A program made the translations under genes and the position numbers. 10,617 nt of DNA from Candidatus Bipolaricaulia bacterium (GTDB lineage: Bacteria; Bipolaricaulota; Bipolaricaulia; JBHIAT01): contig JBHIAT010000132.1 in NCBI GenBank assembly GCA_046758705.1, positions 1 to 10,617 on the forward strand, given 5' to 3'. Under the pieces are notes generated by a model. The model worked only from the letters and a program-made list of their open reading frames with translations. It was not told the origin of the DNA and did no database searches. Shown here piece by piece: positions 1 to 5,770 of the stretch. Each line of letters begins with the position of its first letter. The stretch's first letter is position 1.

Positions 1-607
1 AGATAAACGGCCTTTCGATCAGTTGCTCGCGGTCCCCCGCCACCATCGAGGCCAGCTCGATGACCTCGCGCGCGCCTTCCACCGTGTAAGCATTGGCCAT
101 CACGTGTTTGGTAGTGTTCGCCAGTGAAGCGTAATACTTGTTGACATCCAGTTCTTCCTTGGGGATATCTTGGGCCACCACCGGGCGCAGGAAGAAGTGG
201 ATGTGGTCCAAAGCGTCGACCAACCGGGCGATATTCCCCAAATCCTCCAACGTGCCCGTGCGCACCCGGTCCGTGTCCATGTCCAGCACCTGGACGGCTG
301 CTCCGCCGGTGCCCAAATACACCCGTTTGTCTTCCAGCTCCAGCGTGTGCTGCTCCTCCCGCCCGTAGAGCGTGACATTGGTGGGGACGACTCCCAAAGC
401 CCATTCCACCACTTTAGCGGGAAACTTGACGATCCCGTTGTCGTGATCGACCTGGGCTCCGTGTTCGCCCAACAGGTTTCGCACCGCTTCATCGGCAATC
501 CAGACCCCCACACGCTCCAGCACCTGCAACGCTGTGCCATGGATGCGCTCCACGTCTTGATCGGATAACACCCGATACTGCCCGCCCTGCAGACCCTTGT
601 AAGCCAT
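1..607 (-). CDS. Trimethylamine methyltransferase (MttB/MtgB superfamily, COG5598) corrinoid-dependent methyltransferase; N-terminal 202 codons, truncated at the window edge
   Basis: Manual translation from ATG at 607 is open to base 1: MAYKGLQGGQYRVLSDQDVERIHGTALQVLERVGVWIADEAVRNLLGEHGAQVD...VKFPAKVVEWAL...VTLYGRE...VYLGTGGAAVQVLDMDTDRVRTGTLEDLGNIARLVDALDHIHF...ANTTKHV...ELASMVAGDREQLIERPFI. LSxxxVExIHxxALxVLExVGV, GTGG, TLxD..RLVDAL and NTTKH are typical of the MttB family. Missing from the ORF track because there is no stop in the window. Confidence 0.9.
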   Translation of the reverse strand, partial: MAYKGLQGGQYRVLSDQDVERIHGTALQVLERVGVWIADEAVRNLLGEHGAQVDHDNGIVKFPAKVVEWALGVVPTNVTLYGREEQHTLELEDKRVYLGTGGAAVQVLDMDTDRVRTGTLEDLGNIARLVDALDHIHFFLRPVVAQDIPKEELDVNKYYASLANTTKHVMANAYTVEGAREVIELASMVAGDREQLIERPFI

Positions 608-638
608 CCTTTACTATCCCCGATGGAGGTTCATCGGT

Positions 639-668
639 TAAGACGACCGCCCGAGGGCGGCCGTCTTA
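639..668 (-). other. Strong intercistronic stem-loop between the binding-protein gene and the MttB-family gene (mRNA stabiliser or partial terminator)
   Basis: Minus strand TAAGACGGCCGCC-CTCG-GGCGGTCGTCTTA: a 13-bp stem whose single mismatch is a G-U pair only on the transcribed (minus) strand. No U-tract follows. A second small hairpin CCGATG-N6-CATCGG lies at 620..637. Confidence 0.65.
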
Positions 669-704
669 TCCTGACTGAACCCCTGATTGCACCTACCTCA
701 GTGC

Positions 705-1610
705 TTAGATCAAGCCATGTTGGACCAACCACTCCCTAGCGACATCCTCAGGATCTCGCTTGTCAATGTCCACTATGGCGTTCAGCTCTCGCATGGTATC
801 CGCATCCGGTATGGTGGTCACCAGCCGGTTGAGCAGCCTCACCACTTCGGGATGCCTGTCGGCCACTTCCTTCCTGATCACCGGGGCCAGGTCGTAGATG
901 GGGAAGAAGTTCTTATCATCCGTAAGAACTCTGAAGTTGAATCGCGCATTTTGCGGGTCCGTTCCGAAGACCATGGCGACATCGACTTGCTGCTCGTTGA
1001 GGGCTTGGTGGGTGAGCCCGAAGCTCATCGTCTTGATCTGAGCCGGATGGAAGGCAAATTCGTACTCCTTCATCAACCCAATAACCCCATCTGGGCGGGA
1101 GTAGAACTCGAAGTTTGTGGCAAACGAGACCTTCCCCTCCTGGCCTTTCACATGGTCAGCCAGATCAGAGAGCGTCTCGATGCCCAGCGCTTCAGCCTGA
1201 TCTTCTCTCATGGCCAGTGCATACGTGTTGTTAATGAGCATGAGGTTCAGCCACAGGAGGCCGAGCTCTGCGGACTCCGCTTTGACCTTTTGATACTCCT
1301 CTTCGCGAGGCAGGATCGACGTATGGCCCAGATGGACGAGCCATGCCGTTCCCGTATACTCCATGTAAACGTCGATATCACCGGCAGTTAACGCTTTCCA
1401 GGCAACCACCGTTCCCAGACCGGGGCGAAAATCGACTGCATAGTCGTTCTCTTCCAACAAAATCCTCATCAAGTGTCCCACGATGAGCTGCTCGGTGAAG
1501 CCCTTCGCGCCAACCGTGATCCTCCCCTTCTCAGCAAGGACGGTCCCAGAGAGGGAGACCACCAACGTCAACACCAAAAGCAATGAGACAACCTTTTTCA
1601 TCTTGCTCAC
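705..1610 (-). CDS. Glycine betaine/quaternary amine ABC transporter substrate-binding protein (OpuAC domain; ProX/OsmF/OpuCC-like)
   Basis: Motifs ITVGAKGFTEQ, DIDVYMEYTGTAW, NNTYALAM, EFYSRPDG, LTDDKNFFPIYD, TMRELNAIVD. Sec-type signal peptide MKKVVSLLLVLTLVVSLSGTVLA/E with no lipobox Cys. GGAGG at 1617..1613; the start could be GTG 1610 or ATG 1601. Confidence 0.92.
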   Translation of the reverse strand: MSKMKKVVSLLLVLTLVVSLSGTVLAEKGRITVGAKGFTEQLIVGHLMRILLEENDYAVDFRPGLGTVVAWKALTAGDIDVYMEYTGTAWLVHLGHTSILPREEEYQKVKAESAELGLLWLNLMLINNTYALAMREDQAEALGIETLSDLADHVKGQEGKVSFATNFEFYSRPDGVIGLMKEYEFAFHPAQIKTMSFGLTHQALNEQQVDVAMVFGTDPQNARFNFRVLTDDKNFFPIYDLAPVIRKEVADRHPEVVRLLNRLVTTIPDADTMRELNAIVDIDKRDPEDVAREWLVQHGLI

Positions 1611-1638
1611 TTCCTCCCTTTTTTGAATTTGATTATGG

Positions 1639-1659
1639 AGTTGACCGATCCGGTCAACT
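1639..1659. promoter_or_regulatory. Perfect inverted repeat upstream of the binding-protein gene (operator or RNA hairpin)
   Basis: AGTTGACCG-ATC-CGGTCAACT, 9-bp arms with a 3-nt spacer, in the 84-bp gap between permease and binding protein. Confidence 0.45.
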
Positions 1660-1694
1660 TGAATCGTTCATCTACCACCTCCCCTTTTTCTTTC

Positions 1695-2417
1695 TCATCC
1701 AACCTTCAGACCGCGCGGCGTCATCCAGTTCTCTATCCCGTTCAAAGCGGTATCGAAGATGATCGCCAAGCCCGCTGCCGGAGCTGCGCCCTGGAGCATG
1801 AGCTCAGTCGCGTTCAGGCTGAGGCCCCGGATGATCAGCTGACCTAACCCGCCGCTTCCGATCAATGCGGCCAGGGTGGCCACTCCGACGTTGATCACCG
1901 TGGACGTCCGGATTCCCGCCATGATGACCGCCCGAGCCAGGGGAAGCTCGATCTTTCTCAGGATCTGGCCCGGGGTCATTCCCATCCCTCTCGCCGATTC
2001 GATCACACTGGCATCGATGTTGTTCACGCCCGCATAGGTGTTTCTGACGATGGGCAGGAGGCCGGAGATGAGCAGAGCGACGATAGCAGGCCAGAACCCG
2101 ATCCCTAAAATGGGCAGCATGACCGCGACAACGGCAAGGCTGGGGATCGCCTGACCGATATTGGTCACCCCAAGGATCAGGGGAGAGAGCAACTTGAAGC
2201 CGCGTCTCGTGATGATAAAGCCCAGGGGAATTCCGATGCCGATAGCCAGTAACTCAGCTACGATCACCAACTGGATATGCTCCCACGTTCGCAACCGAAT
2301 CTCTTGCGAGGTGGCGAGGTAGAAGGTCCCCCCCGTTTGCGTCGTGAAGATGGTGAGGAAGATCAACAACCCCAGCAACAGGATGATCACGATGGACCGT
2401 CCTAACACCCGCTGCAT
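1695..2417 (-). CDS. Osmoprotectant ABC transporter permease (ProW/OpuBB/OpuCB-like)
   Basis: Hydrophobic 240 aa with QAIPSLA, LLPIVRNTYAG, EAA loop IDASVIESARGMGMT, IELPLA and IGSGGLG. ATG directly follows the ATPase stop (TGAATG). Confidence 0.93.
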   Translation of the reverse strand: MQRVLGRSIVIILLLGLLIFLTIFTTQTGGTFYLATSQEIRLRTWEHIQLVIVAELLAIGIGIPLGFIITRRGFKLLSPLILGVTNIGQAIPSLAVVAVMLPILGIGFWPAIVALLISGLLPIVRNTYAGVNNIDASVIESARGMGMTPGQILRKIELPLARAVIMAGIRTSTVINVGVATLAALIGSGGLGQLIIRGLSLNATELMLQGAAPAAGLAIIFDTALNGIENWMTPRGLKVG

Positions 2418-3539
2418 TCAGATGCCCCCCTTTTCGGTGTAGGTCTCCCCTAACACCTCCCGCAACGCGTTGAAGGTCAACACTCCGACCAACCGGTCAT
2501 CATTATCGACGACGGCGATATTTCCGATCTCGCTGCTGAGCATGAGGGAGACCGCTTCGTTGAGATTCGTATCAGGGGTAACCGTCTGTGTCGGGGGCTT
2601 CATCACATCCTTCACCCGGTCTCCCCGCCTGTATTCGAGGTCCGAGAGATTGATCCAACCGCAAAACTTGTTATCATCCTCGACCACGAGCAGATATCGG
2701 ACATCTTCCCGCTTCATATAGTCATGAACGGCCTCGGCCTCCTCGCTCGTCTTCACGGTGACGGGAGATCGCCTCATAACCTCCTTAACCTGCATCAAAC
2801 GTAACCCCTTGAGCGTTCGGTCCGCTCCGACGAAATCCTTCACAAAGTCGTTGGACGGATGGGCGAGGAGCTCAGCGGGAGAATCATACTGTATCAACTT
2901 ACCGTCTTTGAGCAGGGCGATCTTGTCCCCCATCTTGATCGCTTCGTTGATGTCGTGGGTGACGAAGACGATCGTCTTTTTGATCTCCTGCTGGATCTTC
3001 AAAAACTCATCTTGGAGCCGCTCCCGAGTGATCGGATCGATGGCACCGAAGGGCTCGTCCATCAGCATAATCGGTGGGTCAACCGCCATCGCTCGGGCGA
3101 CGCCGACCCGCTGGCGCTGTCCTCCGGAAAGTTCGCCGGGATAGCTGTACAAGAATTGGGCCGGGTTCATTCCCATCAGATTCAGGAGCTCCTCGGACCG
3201 CTTCCTGATCTTGGACTTGGACCAGCGTTTCAACGTCGGAACCACCCCGATGTTCTCTTCAACGGTCATATGCGGGAAGAGGCCGATCTCCTGGATGACA
3301 TAGCCGATATTTCGTCTGAGCTCGTTTGCATCGATCTGGGTGTTGTCCCTTCCGTTGATATAGATCTTCCCCTTGGTGATCGAGATTAGACGGTTGATCA
3401 TCTTCATCGTCGTGGTCTTCCCACAACCTGAAGGGCCGACCAGGACACAGAGCTCCCCTTCTTTGATCTCGAAGCTCACGTCATCGACGGCTTTGCTATC
3501 GTCATCGTAAATCTTGGTGGCATGCTCTAGCTTGATCAT
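2418..3539 (-). CDS. Osmoprotectant ABC transporter ATP-binding protein with C-terminal CBS pair (OpuCA/ProV-like), 373 aa
   Basis: Walker A GPSGCGKTT, Q-loop GYVIQEIGLFPHMT, signature LSGGQRQRVG, Walker B MLMDEPFGAIDP, H-loop FVTHD, then two CBS motifs. Start moved from 3581 to ATG 3539 (MIKLEHATK), which overlaps the upstream stop as ATGA and has GAGGT upstream. Confidence 0.94.
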   Translation of the reverse strand: MIKLEHATKIYDDDSKAVDDVSFEIKEGELCVLVGPSGCGKTTTMKMINRLISITKGKIYINGRDNTQIDANELRRNIGYVIQEIGLFPHMTVEENIGVVPTLKRWSKSKIRKRSEELLNLMGMNPAQFLYSYPGELSGGQRQRVGVARAMAVDPPIMLMDEPFGAIDPITRERLQDEFLKIQQEIKKTIVFVTHDINEAIKMGDKIALLKDGKLIQYDSPAELLAHPSNDFVKDFVGADRTLKGLRLMQVKEVMRRSPVTVKTSEEAEAVHDYMKREDVRYLLVVEDDNKFCGWINLSDLEYRRGDRVKDVMKPPTQTVTPDTNLNEAVSLMLSSEIGNIAVVDNDDRLVGVLTFNALREVLGETYTEKGGI

Positions 3540-4210
3540 GTTATCTGTTGACCTCGCTTCATCCCCTTGGGTGTGATCCATCTCTCCACGAAAGCCATCA
3601 ACCCATCCACAATCAAGGACAATAGGGATACGAAGATGGTACCGGCCAGGAGCACATCATACCGTGTGCTCGCGATCCCGTTGAATATGGGCAGTCCCAA
3701 ACCCCCGGCCCCGATGAAGGCAGCGATGGTTGCAATCGCGATGTTCATGATGATAGCCGTCCTCAGACCGGCCATAATGACCGGCATCGCCAACGGAAGC
3801 TTGACACGGCGAAGGAGCTGTCCCGGGGTCATTCCCATTCCTTTGCCCGCTTCGATCATCGCGGGATCGACGTTCCTGATCGCGGTATAGGTGTTCCGGA
3901 TGATGGGAAGCTGACCGTACAGGACCAACGCGATGACCGCTGGGAGAAAACCGATGCCCGGCAAGCCTACTCCGGAGAGCAGAGGAATCATCAGACCGAA
4001 GAGCGCGAGGCTCGGGACGGTCATCATGATTCCGGCCAGATAGAGGACGATATCTGCAATTCGTTCCCGCCCCTTTCCGGAGATAAAGATGCCGATTATG
4101 ACCCCTAAGATGACGGCAATACTGTTGGCCACCGCGATGATTTTGATATGCTGCCAGGTGAGTTTAAAGAGTGTATCCCAATGGCCGTTGATATACTCCC
4201 AAGTCTCCAT
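3536..4210 (-). CDS. Osmoprotectant ABC transporter permease (ProW/OpuBB-like), 224 aa
   Basis: MTVPSLALFG, LPIIRNTY, EAA loop VDPAMIEAGKGMGMT, VKLPLAMPVIMAGLR, IGAGGLG. Start moved to ATG 4210, which has a GGAGG close upstream (GGAGGGCAGGATG). Confidence 0.93.
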   Translation of the reverse strand: METWEYINGHWDTLFKLTWQHIKIIAVANSIAVILGVIIGIFISGKGRERIADIVLYLAGIMMTVPSLALFGLMIPLLSGVGLPGIGFLPAVIALVLYGQLPIIRNTYTAIRNVDPAMIEAGKGMGMTPGQLLRRVKLPLAMPVIMAGLRTAIIMNIAIATIAAFIGAGGLGLPIFNGIASTRYDVLLAGTIFVSLLSLIVDGLMAFVERWITPKGMKRGQQIT

Positions 4211-4381
4211 CCTGCCCTCCAGGCAATAACGTATCATGAATCTTGACTTGCCGTCAAATCAAATCAAGATATATGATGATAAAAATCAATTATCACGGTG
4301 AATTGGATTTTTCTCAAGTTCCCCGATAAGATTCATTAGACCTGCACAACCAAAGCTGGGAGGACCGATCAACAAAGACTT
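4211..4381. promoter_or_regulatory. AT-rich divergent promoter region between the ABC/MttB operon and the amidase
   Basis: Candidate minus-strand promoter TTGACG(4257..4252)-N18-TACGTT(4233..4228) with an extended -10 TG. Candidate plus-strand promoter TTGCCG(4248..4253)-N18-TATGAT(4272..4277). Palindromes TTGAC-N5-GTCAA (4243..4257) and TGATAA-N7-TTATCA (4277..4295). Confidence 0.55.
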
Positions 4382-5770
4382 ATGAATATATCACCCTTAG
4401 AATTGACGATCGCAGAGGCTGCGCAACAGATTCGTGAAGGCAGTCTTTCCCCGGTGGCGCTGACCCAGGCAACGCTCGACCGAATCGAACAGCTCAATCC
4501 TAGATTGAACGCGTTTCTGGCGGTGACGGCCGACGAGGCGCTGCACACCGCCCAGCAGCTGGAGCAGGACGCTTTGGACGAGCGGCTGCTAAACGGCATC
4601 CCGGTTGCGTTGAAGGATCTGTTCGACGTCCAGGGCGTTCCCACCACCGCGGGCACAAAGATCCTGTCCGACAACGTTCCAAGCGAAGATGCAGCAGTGA
4701 CCGAGCGACTGCGTCGCGCGGGCGCGGTGCTCGTCGGAAAACTCGCCATGCATGAGTGGGCACTGGGTGTGACCAATGAAAACCCGCACTTTGGCCCGAC
4801 ACACAATCCCTGGAACACCGACCACATTCCCGGCGGTTCAAGCGGCGGGTCCGGTACGGCGGTGGCCGCCGGCCTGTGCCTGGGTGCGTTGGGCAGTGAC
4901 ACCGGTGGATCGATCCGCATCCCGGCGGCACTTTGTGGGATCGTCGGTCTGAAGCCGACGTATGGCCGGATCAGCATACGAGGGGTCGTCCCGCTGAGCT
5001 GGTCGCTCGATCATGTCGGCCCCATGACCAAGACAGTGGAGGATGCTGCGCTGATGCTCCAGGTGCTTGCCGGGTTCGACCCGATCGATCCGACCTCTCC
5101 GAACGTCCCCGTGGATGATTATCGCGCCGGATTAGAGACCGGCGTGGAGGTGGAGGGTCTGGGGATTCTGGTTCCCACCCACCACTTCTTCGATGATCTG
5201 AATCCCGAGGTTGACGAACTGGTTCGTACAGCGATCATCACTCTGAGCAAGCTGGGCGCGACGGTCCAGGAGGTTGTCGTGGAAGCAATCGATGTAGCAC
5301 TGATTGCCGGTGGGATGATCCTGCTGGCCGACGCAGCCGCCTACCACGAGGATGATCTGAAGCGTCGGGCCGATGAGTTCGGCTCCGATCTGCTAACGCG
5401 GTTACGACGGGGGAGGGAGACGGAAGGCATCGCCTACGCCCGGGCACGCCGTGCTCAGATGCTGTGGCGACGTTCCCTCGAAGGACTGCTCTCAGGGGGG
5501 GCGGTGTTGGCTACCCCGACCACACCTATCCCCGCACCGCGCATCGGTGAGCTAGATCCCGTAGACGCCGCCCGGACCCTGACCCGGTTTACGCTGCCGT
5601 TCAACCTCGCCGGCCTGCCGGCGATCTCGGTTCCATGTGGTTTCACCCAGGCGGGTCTGCCGATCGGCCTACAACTCGTCGGTCGCCCCTGGGACGAAGC
5701 GATCCTGTTGCGTGTCGCCCACGCCTACCAACAGGTGACCGATTGGCATCGCCATCATCCTTCCCTATAA
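4382..5770 (+). CDS. Amidase-signature family hydrolase (substrate unknown; not GatA)
   Basis: Intact Ser-cisSer-Lys triad: K78 (GIPVALKDLF), S153 (PGGSSGGS), S177 (GSDTGGSIRIPAALCG). Also GLKPTYGR, LDHVGP, FNLAGLPAISVP and GLPIGLQL. Confidence 0.93.
   Translation: MNISPLELTIAEAAQQIREGSLSPVALTQATLDRIEQLNPRLNAFLAVTADEALHTAQQLEQDALDERLLNGIPVALKDLFDVQGVPTTAGTKILSDNVPSEDAAVTERLRRAGAVLVGKLAMHEWALGVTNENPHFGPTHNPWNTDHIPGGSSGGSGTAVAAGLCLGALGSDTGGSIRIPAALCGIVGLKPTYGRISIRGVVPLSWSLDHVGPMTKTVEDAALMLQVLAGFDPIDPTSPNVPVDDYRAGLETGVEVEGLGILVPTHHFFDDLNPEVDELVRTAIITLSKLGATVQEVVVEAIDVALIAGGMILLADAAAYHEDDLKRRADEFGSDLLTRLRRGRETEGIAYARARRAQMLWRRSLEGLLSGGAVLATPTTPIPAPRIGELDPVDAARTLTRFTLPFNLAGLPAISVPCGFTQAGLPIGLQLVGRPWDEAILLRVAHAYQQVTDWHRHHPSL

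Noticed and set aside
100..568. ORF-track entries 100..540(-), 138..368(+) and 170..568(+)
   Set aside because: Shadow or out-of-frame ORFs over the MttB-family frame (607..1), which has recognisable motifs.
1..607. Pyrrolysine-containing MttB or a specific mtgB assignment
   Set aside because: The Pyl position and most substrate-determining residues lie beyond the window edge.
1969..3838. Identical 17-mer CCCGGGGTCATTCCCAT at 1969..1985 and 3822..3838
   Set aside because: It encodes the conserved EAA-loop MGMTPG in two paralogous permeases, so it is not evidence of an att site or mobile repeat.
3540..4237. Longer starts at 3581 (ATPase) and 4237 (permease) in the ORF track
   Set aside because: ATG 3539 (ATGA coupling) and ATG 4210 (GGAGG just upstream) fit RBS position and family N-termini better.
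4274..4295. Fur box interpretation of GATGATAAAAATCAATTATCA
   Set aside because: Only about 12/19 match to the Fur consensus, a 6-7-6 rather than 7-1-7 geometry, and no iron-related genes nearby. Kept only as a generic palindrome.
4382..5770. Calling the amidase gatA
   Set aside because: No gatC/gatB neighbours, and it has MHEWALG rather than the GatA-type MDEFAMG.
5765..5770. 6-bp tail-to-tail overlap of the amidase and GH35 genes without a terminator
   Set aside because: Short convergent overlaps are common, and nothing else suggests antisense regulation. It does support 5765 as the true GH35 end.
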